From assembly GCF_035084215.1 (NCBI RefSeq), contig NC_090363.1:10976001-11040000 (forward strand): DNA of 64,000 nt, read 5' to 3'. Shown here one piece after another: positions 11,918-26,833 of this stretch. Within the stretch, counting starts at the first letter, position 1, and each line of letters begins with the position of its first letter. Below the pieces are notes generated by a model. That model ran no database searches and was not told the origin of the DNA. It saw nothing but the letters and a program-made list of their open reading frames with translations. This DNA comes from Heptranchias perlo (Eukaryota). A program made the translations under genes and the position numbers.

Positions 11918-12160
11918 GGGGGTGATTTTAAACCCCAAGAACGGGTGGGTTGGAGGCGGTTGGGAGTAGAAAATAGTTGTTTTTTGGGTCACGACCGCAA
12001 CCCGGCTTTATTTCCGGGTTTAACGTCGGCACGGAAACATACAGGCTTCCCACTGGGAATGCCAAGTCCGAAAATGTTACAGTTGCAAACCCAAAAAAAA
12101 ACTATTTTCAACTCTCACCCGCTCCAAACTCACCCGTTCTTGGGGTTTAAAATCACCCCC
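11918..12160. mobile_element. 243-bp MITE, long TIRs starting GGGGGTGATTTTAAACCCCAAGAACGGG (PIF/Harbinger-like)
   Basis: Terminal inverted repeats of ~70 bp; inserted at cactat|atc of a satellite monomer. Confidence 0.9.
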
Positions 12161-13494
12161 GATATCACTCACAGTTATAACACACTCTGCTACACACCCC
12201 ACCCTCACGATATTACACTGTCAGAACACTGTCTTTTATACCCCCACCCTCACTATATCACTCACAGTTATAACACACTCTGCTACACACCCCACCCTCA
12301 CTATATCACTCACAGTTATAACACACTCTGCTACACACCCCACCCTCACGATATTACACTCTGTCAGAACACTGTCTGTTATATACCCACCCTCACTATA
12401 TCACTCACAGTTATAACACACTCTGCTACACACCCCACCCTCACGATATTACACTCTGTCAGAACACTGTCTGTTATATACCCACCCTCACTATATCACT
12501 CACAGTTATAACACACTCTGCTACACACCCCACCCTCACGATATTACACTCTGTCAGAACACTGTCTGTTATATATCCACACTCACTATATCACTCTCAT
12601 TTATAACACTGTCTGTTGTACACCCAACCTCACCATATTACTCTCAGTTACAACACTGTCTGTTATACCCCCACCCTCACCATATTACTCTCAGTTACAA
12701 CACTGTCTGTTATACCCCCACCCTCACCATATTACTCTCAGTTATAACACTGTCTGTTATACACCCACCCTCACTTTATCACTCTCAGTTTTTGCACTAT
12801 TATACACCCCACTCTCACTATACCACTGTCTGTTTTAACACTGTCTGTTATACATTCCATCCTCACTATACCACTCACATTTATAACACTATCTATTATA
12901 AACCCGTCCCTCACTAGATCACTCTCAGTTACAACACTGTTTGTTCTACAACCACCCTCATTATATAACCCACTGTAATAACACATTCGGTCAAAAGCCC
13001 CACCATCACTCTATCACTCTCAGTTATAACACTGTCTGTTATACACCCACCCTCACTGTATCACTCTCAGTTATAACACTGTCTGTTATACACTAACCCT
13101 CACTATGTAACCATCAGTAATAACATATTCTGTCATACACTCCACAATTACTGTATCACTTTGAGTTATAATACTGTCTATTATACACCCACCTTCACTT
13201 TATCACTCTCAGTTATAACACTGTCTGTTATGTACCCCACCCACAATATCACTCTCAATTAAAACACTGTCGATTTTACACCAACCCTCACTACATCAAT
13301 CTCAGTTCTCACACTTCCAGTTATACACTCGCCCTCACTATATCACTCTCAGTCATAACACTGTCTGTTAGAAAACCACACACAATAAGTCACGCTGAGT
13401 TATATCACTGTCTGTTATACACCCACCCTCACTATATCACTCTCAGTTTTAACATTGCCTTTTATACACCAACCGTCACTGTATCACTCTCAGG

Positions 13495-13649
13495 TTTTTT
13501 TATTCGTTCATGGGATGTGGGCGTCGCTGGCAAGGTCAGCATTTATTGCCCATCCCAAATTGCCCTTGAGAAGGTGGTGGTGAGCCGCCTTCTTGAACCA
13601 CTGCAGTTTGTGTGGTGAAGGTTCTCCCACAGTGCTGTTAGGAAGAGAG
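13495..13649 (-). mobile_element. ~155-bp LINE tail captured in the satellite; co-duplicated copies at ~16257, 27977, 32746, 34604, 35861, 38015, 39526 (partial at 33431)
   Basis: ttttttattcgttcatgggatgtgggcgtcgctggcaagg...gctgttaggaagggag with the same junctions each time. Confidence 0.88.
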
Positions 13650-14016
13650 CGTTATACACTGTTTGTTATACATCCCACCCTCACTATGTCACTCGCAGTT
13701 ATAACACTGTCTGTTATACACCCACCCTCACTATATGGCTCTCAATCAAAACACTGTCTGTTTTACACCAACATTCACTACATCAATCTTTGTTCTAACA
13801 TTTTCTGTGATACATTCACGCTCACTATATCACTAGCAGTTATAACAGTGCCTGTTATAAACTGCCCCCCCTCACGATATCACTCTGTTATAACACTGTC
13901 TGTATACACCCACCCTCACTCTATCACTCGCAGTTATAACTCTGTCTGCTGTACGCCCACCCTCACGATATCTCTCTCTGTCATAACACTGTCTGTTTCA
14001 CACCCACCCTCACTAT

Positions 14017-14259
14017 GGGGGTGATTTTAAACCCCAAGAACGGGTGGGTTGGAGGCGGTTGGGAGTAGAAAATAGTTGTTATTTGGGTCACGACCGCAAC
14101 CCGGCTTTATTTCCGGGTTTAACGTCGGCACGGAAACATACAGGCTTCCCACTGGGAATGCCAAGTCCGAAAATGTTACAGTTGCAAACCCAAAAAAAAA
14201 CTATTTTCAACTCCCACCTGCTCCAAACCCACCCGTTCTTGGGGTTTAAAATCACCCCC
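14017..14259. mobile_element. Same MITE, co-duplicated copy
   Basis: Same junctions; 3-bp duplication tat. Confidence 0.9.
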
Positions 14260-15400
14260 TATATCACTCACAGTTATAACACACTCTGCTACACACCCCA
14301 CCCTCACGATATTACACTCTGTCAGAGCACTGTCTGTTATACCCCCACCATCACTATATCACTCACAGTTATAACACACTCTGCTACACACCCCACCCTC
14401 ACGATATTACACTCTGTCAGAGCACTGTCTGTTATACACCCACCCTCACTATATCACTCACAGTTATAACACACTCTGCTACACACCCCACCCTCACGAT
14501 ATTACGCTCTGTCAGAACACTGTCTGTTATACACCCACCCTCACTATATCACTCACAGTTATAACACACTCTGCTACACACCCCACCCTCACGATATTAC
14601 GCTCTGTCAGAACACTGTCTGTTATATACCCACCCTCACTATATCACTCACAGTTATAACACACTCTGCTACACACCCCACCCTCACGATATTACGCTCT
14701 GTCAGAACACTGTCTGTTATACACCCACCCTCACTATATCACTCACAGTTATAACACACTCTGCTACACACCCCACCCTCACGATATTACGCTCTGTCAG
14801 AACACTGTCTGTTATACCCCCACCCTCACTATATCACTCTCAGTTATAACACACTCTGCTACACACCCCACCCTCACGATATTACGCTCTGTCAGAACAC
14901 TGTCTGTTATACCCCCACCCTCACTATATCACTCACAGTTATAACACACTCTGCTACACACCCCACCCTCACGATATTACACTCTGTCAGAACACTGTCT
15001 GTTATATACCCACCCTCACTATATCACTCACAGTTATAACACACTCTGCTACACACCCCACCCTCACGATATTACACTCTGTCAGAGCACTGTCTGTTAT
15101 ACACCCACCCTCACTATATCACTCTCAGTAATAACACACTCTGCTACACACCCCACCCTCACGATATTACGCTCTGTCAGAACACTGTCTGTTATACCCC
15201 CACCCTCACTATATCACTCACAGTTATAACACACTCTGCTACACACCCCACCCTCACGATATTACACTCTGTCAGAACACTGTCTGTTATACCCCCAACC
15301 TCACGATATCACTCTCAGTTATAACACACTCTGCTACACACCCCACCCTCACGATATTACACTCTGTCAGAACACTGTCTGTTATACATCCACACTCACT
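14260..15400. repeat. 95-bp dimeric higher-order repeat (~12 copies) within the 47-bp satellite
   Basis: acactctgct occurs at 14281, 14376, 14471... (95-bp period). Shorter runs of the same dimer follow the other MITE copies. Confidence 0.9.
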
Positions 15401-17581
15401 ATATCACTCACAGTTATAACACTGTCTGTTATACACCCACCCTCACTTTATCACTCTCAGTTTTCGCACTATTATACACCCCACTCTCACTATACCACTG
15501 TCTGTTTTAACACTGTCTGTTATACATTCCATCCTCACTATACCACTCTCATTTATAACACTATCTATTATAAACCCGTCCCTCACTATATCACTCTCAG
15601 TTACAACACTGTTTGTGATACAACCACGCTCAATATATAACCCACTGTAATAACACATTCTATCATAAGCCCCACCATCACTGTATCATTTTGAGTTATA
15701 ACACTGTCTGTTTTACACCCACCCTCACTATATCACTCTCAGTTATAACACTGTCTGTTTTACACCCACCCTCACTCTATCACTCTCAGTTATAACACTG
15801 TCTGTTTTACACCCACCCTCACTGTATCACTCTCAGTTATAACACTGTCTGTTATACACTAACCCTCACTATATAACCATCAGTAATAACATATTCTGTC
15901 ATACACTCCACAATTACTGTATCACTTTGAGTTATAACACTGTCTATTATACACCCACCTTCACTTTATCACTCTCAGTTATAACACTGTCTGTTATACA
16001 CCCCACCCACTATATCACTCTCAATTAAAACACTGTCGATTTTACACCAACCCTCACTACATCAATCTCAGTTCTTACACTTCCAGTTATACACTCACCC
16101 TCATTATATCACTCTCAGTCATAACACTGTTAGAAAACCACACACAATAAATCACGCTGAGTTATATCACTGTCTGTTATACACCCACCCTTACAATATC
16201 ACTCTCAGTTTTAACATTGCCTTTTATACACCAACCGTCACTGTATCACTCTCAGGTTTTTTTATTCGTTCATGGGATGTGGGCGTCGCTGGCAAGGCCA
16301 GCATTTATTGCCCATCCCTAATTGCCCTTGAGAAGGTGGTGGTGAGCCGCCTTCTTGAACCATGCAGTCTGTGTGGTGAAGGTTCTCCCACAGTGCTGTT
16401 AGGAAGGGAGGGTTATACACTGTTTGTTATACATCCCACCCTCACTATATCACTCTCAGTTATATCAGAGTCTGTTTTACACCCACCCTCAGTACATCAC
16501 TCTCAGATATAACACTGTCTGTTATATACCCACCCTCACTATATCACTCACAGTTATAACACTGTCTGTGATAAACTCCATCTTCAATATATCAGTCTCT
16601 GTTATAACATTGTCTGCTGTACACCCACCCTCACTATATCACTTGCAGTTATACGCTGTCTGTTATACACCCACCCTCACTATATAACCATCAGTAATAA
16701 CATATTCTGTCATACACTCCACAATCACTGTATCACTTTGAGTTATAACACTGTCTATTATCAAACCTACCGTCACTGTATCACTCTGTTATAACACTAT
16801 CTGTTATACACCCCACCATCACTAAATCGCTTTCAGTTATAACATTGTTTGTTGTATACCCATCCTAACTATTTCACTCAAAGTAATAAGACCATCTGTA
16901 ATAAACCATACCCCCACTATAATACGCTCAGTTATAACACTGACTTTTATACACCCCACCCTCACTGTATCACTCTCACTTTTAACACCCCCGAACCTCA
17001 CAATATCACTCTCAGTTATAACACTGTCTGTTATACACCCAACCCTCACGATATCACTTGCAGTTATAACACTGTCTGTTATTCACTAACCCTCACTATA
17101 ATACTCTCAGTTATATCACTGTCTGTTATACACCCCACCCACAGTATATTACTCTCAGTTGTAACTCTGTCTGTTATACACCCACCCTCACTATATCACT
17201 CGCTGTTATAACACTGCCTTTTATATCCCTAACCACAAAATATATCAATCAGTTATAATACTGTCTGTTCTACACACACCCTCACAATCTCACCCTCAGT
17301 AATAACACTGTCTGTTATACACCCATCCTTATTATATAACCCTCAGTTATAACACATTATGTTATACACCCACCCTCAGTGCATCACTCCCAGTTATAAC
17401 ACTGTCTGTTATACACCCACCCACACTATATCACTCTCAGTTAAAACAATGTCTGTTATACACCCACCCTCATCAATGACAGTTATAACATTGTCTGTTA
17501 TACATCCACCCTCACTATATCACTCTCAGTTATAACACTGTCTGTTATACACTCCACCTTTAACATAACACTCTCTGTTAT

Positions 17582-17942
17582 TTGTAAACAATTTTACAAC
17601 ACCAAGTTATAGTCCAACAATTTTTATTTGAAATCTACAAGCTTTTGGAGGTTTCCTCCTTCCTCAGGTAAATGTTCAGGAATTCCTCGAAGCCTACGCA
17701 TTTATACATATAGAACAATACATGGTGTTTACAGACTGCCCCTGCAACTGCCCGTTGCCAAGGCAATCACCGTGTTCAGACAGAGAGGTGTCACCGACAG
17801 AACCCCCGAATACACATTCAACAAAAAAACAAACAGGAAAAAAAACAGAGAGAGGCAGAAACATCCGGAAGGCAGAGAAAGCCAGCAAATGACCCATTAT
17901 ATTAAAAACAGATAGCTTTTGTTCGCTGGTGGGGTAACGTGT
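17582..17942 (-). mobile_element. Penelope-like pLTR fragment (no tail, no inverted arm) inside the satellite
   Basis: Starts ttgtaaacaattttacaacaccaagttatagtcc like the palindromic copies. The hammerhead core is mutated (cctccAAAAgctt). Confidence 0.8.
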
Positions 17943-20900
17943 TATAACGTCTCTGTTATAACATTGTCTTTTATACACCCCTATCACATGATATCACTCT
18001 CAGTTCGAACACATTTTGTTATACACCCACCCTCATTATAACACTCTCAGATAAAACGCTGCCTGTTATACCCCCACATTCACTACATCACTCGCAGTTA
18101 TAACGTTGTCTTTACACACCCACCCTCACGATATCACTCGCAGTTATAACACTGTCTGTTATACACCCACCCTCACTATATCACTCGCAGTTACAACACT
18201 GTCTGTTATACACCCACCCTCACTATATCACTCGCAGTTATAACGTTGTCTGTTACACACCCACCCTCACTATATCACTCACAGTTATAAGATTGTCTGT
18301 TACACACCCGCCCTCACTATATCACTCACAGTTATAAGATTGTCTGTTACACACCCACCCTCACTATATCACTCACAGTTATAAGATTGTCTGTTACACA
18401 CCCACCCTCACTATATCACTCACAGTTATAAGATTGTCTGTTACACACCCACCCTCAATATATCACTCACAGTGATAAGATTGTCTGTTATATACCCACC
18501 CTCACTATATCACTCACAGTTATAACACTGTCTGTTAAACACCCACCCTCACTTTATCACTCTCAGTTTTTGCACTATTATGCACCCCACTCTCACTATA
18601 TCACTGTCTGTTTTAACACTGTCTGTTATACATTCCATCCTCACTATACCACTCACATTTATAACACTATCTATTATAAACCCTTCCCTCACTATATCAC
18701 TCACAGTTACAACACTGTTTGTTATACAACCACCCTCATTATATAACCCACTGTAATAACACATTCGGTCAAAAGCCCCACCATCACTATATCATTTTGA
18801 GTGATAACACTGTCTGTTATACACCCACCCTCATTATAACACTCTCAGTTATAACACTGCCTGTTATACCCCCACCCTCACGATATCACTCGCAGTTATA
18901 ACGCTGCCTGTTATACCCCCACCCTCACTATATCACTCGCAGTTATAACGCTGCCTGTTATACACCCACCCTCACTATATCACTCGCAGTTATAACACTG
19001 TCTGTTATATACCCACCCTCACTATATCACTCGCAGTTATAACACTGTCTGTTATACACCCACCCTCACTATATCACTCGCAGTTATAACGTTATCTGTT
19101 ACACACCCACCCTCACTATATCACTCGCAGTTATAACACTGTCTGTTATATACCCACCCTCACTATATCACTCGCAGTTATAACACTGTCTGTTATACAC
19201 CCACCCTCACTATATCACTCGCAGTTATAACGTTATCTGTTACACACCCACCCTCACTATATCACTCGCAGTTATAACGCTGTCTGTTATATACCCACCC
19301 TCACTATATCACTCGCAGTTATAACGTTGTCTGTTATATACCCACCCTCACTATATCACTCGCAGTTATAACACTGTCTGTTATACTCCCACCCTCACTA
19401 TATCACTCGCAGTTATAACGTTGTCTGTTACACACCCACCCTCACTTTCTCACTCGCAGTTATAACACTGTCTGTTATATACCCACCCTCACTATATCAC
19501 TCGCAGTTATAACACGGTCTGTTATATACCCACCCTCACTATATCACTCGCAGTTATAACACTGTCTGTTAAACACCCACCCTCAGTATATCACTCTCAG
19601 TTTTTGCACTATTACACACCCCACTCTCACTATACCACTGTCTGTTTTAACACTGTCTGTTATACATTCCATCCTCACTATACCACTCACATTTATAACA
19701 CTATCTATTATAAACCCTTCCCTCACGATATCACTCACAGTTACAACACTGTTTGTTATACAACCACCCTCATTATATAACCCACTGTAATAACACATTC
19801 GGTCAAAAGCCCCACCATCACTGTATCATTTTGAGTTATAACACTGTCTGTTATACACCAACCCTCATTATAACACTCTCAGTTATAACACTGTCTTTTA
19901 TAGCCCAAGCTCATGATATCACTCGCAGTTATAACACATTTTGTGATACACCCACCCTCATTATAACACTCTCAGTTATAACACTGCCTGTTATACCCCC
20001 ACCCTCACGATATCACTCACAGTTATAACACTGTCTGTTATATACCCACCCTCACGATATGACTCGCAGTTATAACGTTGTCTGTTACACACCCACCCTC
20101 ACTATATCACTCGCAGTTACAACACTTTCTGTTATACACCCACCCTCACTATATCACTTGCAGTTATAACACTGTCTGTTATACACCCAACCTCACTATA
20201 TCACTCGCAGTTATAACACTGTCTGTTATACACCCACCCTCATTATAACACTCTCAGTTATAACACTGCCTGTTACACACCCACCCTCACTATATCACGC
20301 GCAGTTATAACACTGTCTGTTATATACCCACCCTCACTATATCACTCGCAGTTATAACACTGTCTGTTATACACCCACCCTCACTATATCACTCGCAGTT
20401 ATAACGTTATCTGTTACACACCCACCCTCACTATATCACTCGCAGTTATAACGCTGTCTGTTTCTACCCACCCTCACTATATCACTCGCAGTTATAACAC
20501 TGTCTGTTATATACACACCCTCACTATATCACTCGCAGTTATAACGTTGTCTGTTGCACACCCACCCTCACTATATCACTCGCAGTTATAACGTTGTCTG
20601 TTACACACCCACCCTCACTATATCACTCACAGTTATAAGATTGTCTGTTACACACCCACCCTCACTATATCACTCACAGTTATAACACTGTCTGTTACAC
20701 ACCCACCCTCACTATATCACTCACAGTTATAAGATTGTCTGTTACACACCCACCCTCACTATATCACTCACAGTTATAAGATTGTCTGTTACACACCCAC
20801 CCTCACTATATCACTCACAGTTATAACACTGTCTGTTACACACCCACCCTCACTATATCACTCGCAGTTATAACGTTGTCTGTTACATACCCACCCTCAC

Positions 20901-23900
20901 TATATCACTCACAGTTATAACACTGTCTGTTGTACACCCACCCTCACTTTATCACTCTCAGTTTTTGCACTATTATACACCCCACTCTCACTATATCACT
21001 GTCTGTTTTAACACTGTCTGTTATACATTCCATCCTCACTATACCACTCACATTTATAACACTATCTATTATAAACCCGTCCCTCACGAGGTCACTCTCA
21101 GTTACAACACTGTTTGTTATACAACCACCCTCATAATATAACCCACTGTAATAACACATTCGGTCAAAAGCCCCACCATCACTGTATCATTTTGAGTTAT
21201 AACACTGTCTGTTATACACCCACCCTCATTATAACACTCTCAGTTATAACACTGTCTTTAAATGCCCAAGCTCATGATATCACTTGCATTTATAACACAT
21301 TTTGTTATACACCCACCCTCTCTATATCACTCTCAGTTATAACACTGCCTGTTACACACCCACCCTCACTATATCACTCGCAGTTATAACACTGTCTGTT
21401 ATATACCCACCCTCACTATATCACTCGCAGTTATAACACTGTCTGTTATATACCCACCCTCACTATATCACTCGCAGTTATAACACTGTCTGTTATATAC
21501 CCACCCTCACTATATCACTCGCAGTTATAACACTGTCTGTTACACACCCACCCTCACTATATCACTCGCAGTTATAACACTGTCTGTTACACACCCACCC
21601 TCACTATATCACTCGCAGTTATAACGTTGTCTGTTATATACCCACCCTCACTATATCACTCGCAGTTATAACGTTGTCTGTTATATACACATCCTCACTA
21701 TATCACTCGCAGTTATAACACTGTCTGTTATATACACACCCTCACTATATCACTCGCAGTTATAACGTTGTCTGTTATATACACATCCTCACTATATCAC
21801 TCGCAGTTATAACACTGTCTTTTATACACCCACCCTCACTATATCACTCACAGTTATAACGTTGTCTGTTACACACCCACCCTCACTTTCTCACTCGCAG
21901 TTATAACACTGTCTGTTATATACCCACCCTCACTATATCACTCGCAGTTATAACGTTGTCTGTTATATACCCACCCTCACTATATCACTCGCAGTTTTTG
22001 CAATATTATACACCCCACTCTCACTATATCACTGTCTGTTTTAACACTGTCTGTTATACATTCCATCCTCACTATACCACTCACATTTATAACACTATCT
22101 ATTATAAACCCGTCCCTCACTATATCACTCTCAGTTACAACACTGTTTGTTATACAAACACCCTCATTATATAACCCACTGTAATAACACATTCTATCAT
22201 AAGCCCCACCATCACTGTATCATTTTGAGTTATAACACTGTCTGTTACACACCCACCCTCACTATATCACTTGCAGTTATAACACTGTCTGTTATACACC
22301 CAACCTCACTATATCAGTCGCAGTTATAACACTGCCTGTTATACCCCCACCCTCACGATATCACTCGCAGTTATAACGCTGCCTGTTACACCCCCACCCT
22401 CACCATATCACTCGCAGTTATAACACTGCCTGTTATTTACCCACCCTCACTATATCACTCGCAGTTATAACGTTGTCTGTTACACACCCACCCTCACTAT
22501 ATCACTCGCAGTTGTAACACTGTCTGTTATACACCCACCCTCACTATATCACTCGCAGTTATAACGTTGTCTGTTACACACCCACCCTCACTATATCACT
22601 CGCAGTTATAACACTGTCTGTTATATACCCACCCTCACTATATCACTCGCAGTTATAACACTGTCTGTTATATACCCACCCTCACAATATCACTCGCAGT
22701 TATAACACTGTCTGTTATATACCCACCCTCACTTTATCACTCGCAGTTATAACGTTGTCTGTTTCACACCCACCCTCACTATATCACTCGCAGTTATAAC
22801 ACTGTCTGTTATATACACACCCTCACTCTCTCACTCGCAGTTATAACATTGTCTGTTACACACCCACCCTCACTATATCACTCACAGTTATAAGATTGTC
22901 TGTTACACACCCACCCTCACTATATCACTCACAGTTATAACACTGTCTGTTATATACCCACCCTCACTATATCACTCGCAGTTATAACGCGATCTGTTAC
23001 ACACCCACCCTCACTATATCACTCGCAGTTATAACTTTGTCTGTTACATACCCACCCTCACTATATCACTCACAGTTATAACACTGTCTGTTATATACAC
23101 ACCCTCACTGTATCACTCGCAGTTATAACGTTGTCTGTTATATACCCACCCTCACTATATCACTCGCAGTTATAACACTGTCTGTTATATACACATCCTC
23201 ACTATATCACTCGCAGTTATAACACTGTCTTTTATACACCCACCCTCACTATATCACTCGCAGTTATAACGTTGTCTGTTACACACCCACCCTCACTTTC
23301 TCACTCGCAGTTATAACACTGTCTGTTATATACCCACCCTCACTATATCACTCGCAGTTATAACACTGTCTGTTATATACCCACCCTCACTTTATCACTC
23401 TCAGTTTTTGCACTATTACACACCCCACTCTCACTATATCACTGTCTGTTTTAACACTGTCTGTTATACATTCCATCCTCACTATACCACTCACATTTAT
23501 AACACTATCTATTATAAACCCTTCCCTCACTATATCACTCTCAGTTACAACACTGTTTGTTATACAACCACCCTCATTATATAACCCACTGTAATAACAC
23601 ATTCGGTCAAAAGCCCCACCATCACTGTATCATTTTGAGTTATAACACTGTCTGTTACACACCCACCCTCACTATATCACTTGCAGTTATAACACTGCCT
23701 GTTATACCCCCACCCTCACGATATCACTCGCAGTTATAACACTGCCTGTTATACCCCCACCCTCACGATATCACTCGCAGTTATAACGCTGCCTGTTACA
23801 CCCCCACCCTCACCATATCACTCGCAGTTATAACACTGCCTGTTATTTACCCACTCTCACTATATCACTCGCAGTTATAACGTTGTCTGTTACACACCCA

Positions 23901-26590
23901 CCCTCACTATATCACTCGCAGTTGTAACACTGTCTGTTATACACCCACCCTCACTATATCACTCGCAGTTATAACGTTGTCTGTTACACACCCACCCTCA
24001 CTATATCACTCGCAGTTATAACACTGTCTGTTATATACCCACCCTCACTATATCACTCGCAGTAAAAACACTGTCTGTTATACACCCACCCTCACTATAT
24101 CACTCGCAGTTATAACGCTGTCTGTTATATACCCACCCTCACTATATCACTCGCAGTAAAAACACTGCCTGTTATACCCCCACCCTCACTATATCACTCG
24201 CAGTTATAACACTGTCTGTTATATACCCACCCTCACTATATCACTCGCAGTAAAAACACTGCCTGTTATACCCCCACCCTCACTATATCACTCGCAGTTA
24301 TAACACTGTCTGTTATATACCCACCCTCACTTTATCACTCACAGTTATAACACTATCTGTTATATACCCACCCTCACTATATCACTCGCAGTTATAACGT
24401 TGTCTGTTTCACACCCACCCTCACTATATCACTCGCAGTTATAACACTGTCTGTTATACACCCACCCTCATTATAACACTCTCAGTTATAACACTGCCTG
24501 TTATACCCCCACCCTCACGATATCACTCGCAGTTATAACGCTGCCTGTTATACCCACTCCCTCACCATATCACTCGCAGTTATAACACTGCCTGTTATTT
24601 ACGCACCCTCACTATATCACTCGCAGTTATAACACTGTCTGTTATACACCCACCCTCATTATAACACTCGCAGTTATAACGCTGCCTGTTATACCCCCAC
24701 CCTCACTATATCACTCACAGTTATAACACTGTCTGTTATATACCCACCCTCACGATATCACTCACAGTTATAACACTGTCTGTTATATACCCACCCTCAC
24801 TATATCACTCGCAGTTATAACGTTGTCTGTTACACACCCACCCTCACTCTCTCACTCGCAGTTATAACGCTGTCTGTTATATACCCACCCTCACTATATC
24901 ACTCGCAGTTATAACGCTGTCTGTTATATACCCACCCTCACTTTCTCACTCGCAGTTATAACACTGTCTGTTACACACCCACCCTCACTATATCACTCGC
25001 AGTTATAACACTGTCTGTTATACACCCACCCTCACGATATCACTCGCAGTTATAACGTTGTCTGTTATATACCCACCCTCACTATATCACTCGCAGTTAT
25101 AACACTGTCTGTTATATACCCACCCTCACTTTATCACTCACAGTTATAACACTATCTGTTATATACCCACCCTCACTATATCACTCGCAGTTATAACGTT
25201 GTCTGTTTCACACCCACCCTCACTATATCACTCGCAGTTATAACACTGTCTGTTATATACACACCCTCACTCTCTCACTCGCAGTTATAACACTGTCTGT
25301 TATACACCCACCCTCACGATATCACTCGCAGTTATAACGCTGCCTGTTATACCCCCACCCTCACCATATCACTCGCAGTTATAACGCTGCCTGTTATTTA
25401 CCCACCCTCACTATATCACTCACAGTTATAACACTGTCTGTTCTATACCCACCCTCACTATATCACTCACAGTTATAACACTGTCTGTTATACACCCAGC
25501 CTCACTATATCACTCGCAGTTATAACGTTATCTGTTACACACCCACCCTCACTATATCACTCGCAGTTATAACGCTGTCTGTTATATACCCACCCTCACT
25601 ATATCACTCGCAGTTATAACACTGTCTGTTATATACCCACCCTCACTATATCACTCGCAGTTATAACACTGTCTGTTATATACCCACCCTCACTATATCA
25701 CTCGCAGTTATAACACTGTCTGTTACACACCCACCCTCACTATATCACTCGCAGTTATAACACTGTCTGTTATACACCCACCCTCACTATATCACTCGCA
25801 GTTATAACACTGTCTGTTATATACACACCCTCACTATATCACTCGCAGTTATAACACTGTCTGTTACACACCCACCCTCACTATATCACTCGCAGTTATA
25901 ACACTGTCTGTTATATACACACCCTCACTATATCACTCGCAGTTATAACGTTGTCTGTTATATACCCACCCTCACTATATCACTCACAGTTATAAGATTG
26001 TCTGTTATATACCCACCCTCACTATATCACTCACATTTATAACACTGTCTGTTAAACACCCACCCTCAGTATATCACTCTCAGTTTTTGCACTATTACAC
26101 ACCCCACTCTCACTATACCACTGTCTGTTTTAACACTGTCTGTTATACATTCCATCCTCACTATACCACTCACATTTATAACACTATCTATTATAAACCC
26201 TTCCCTCACGATATCACTCACAGTTACAACACTGTTTGTTATACAACCACCCTCATTATATAACCCACTGTAATAACACATTCGGTCAAAAGCCCCACCA
26301 TCACTGTATCATTTTGAGTTATAACACTGTCTGTTATACACCAACCCTCATTATATCACTCTCAGTTATAACACTGTCTGTTATACACCAACCCTCACTA
26401 TATCACTCGCAGTTATAACACTGTCTGTTATACACCAACACTCACTACATCAATCTTTGTTCTAACATTTTCTGTGATACATTCACGCTCACTATATCAC
26501 TAGCAGTTATAACAGTGCCTGTTATAAACTGCCCCCCCTCACGATATCACTCTGTTATAACACTGTCTGTTTCACACCCACCCTCACTAT

Positions 26591-26833
26591 GGGGATGATT
26601 TTAAACCCCAAGAACGGGTGGGTTGGAGGCGGGTGGGAGTAGAAAATAGTTGTTTTTTGGGTCACGACCGCAACCCGGCTTTATTTCCGGGTTTAACGTC
26701 GGCACGGAAACATACAGGCTTCCCACTGGGAATGCCAAGTCCGAAAATGTTACAGTTGCAAACCCAAAAATAAACTATTTTCAACTCCCACCTGCTCCAA
26801 ACCCACCCGTTCTTGGGGTTTAAAATCACCCCC
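26591..26833. mobile_element. Same MITE, co-duplicated copy
   Basis: Same junctions. Confidence 0.9.

Noticed and set aside
17640..17672. Active hammerhead in the satellite-embedded PLE copies (also ~29455-29485)
   Set aside because: The conserved GAAA is mutated to AAAA in both duplicates.
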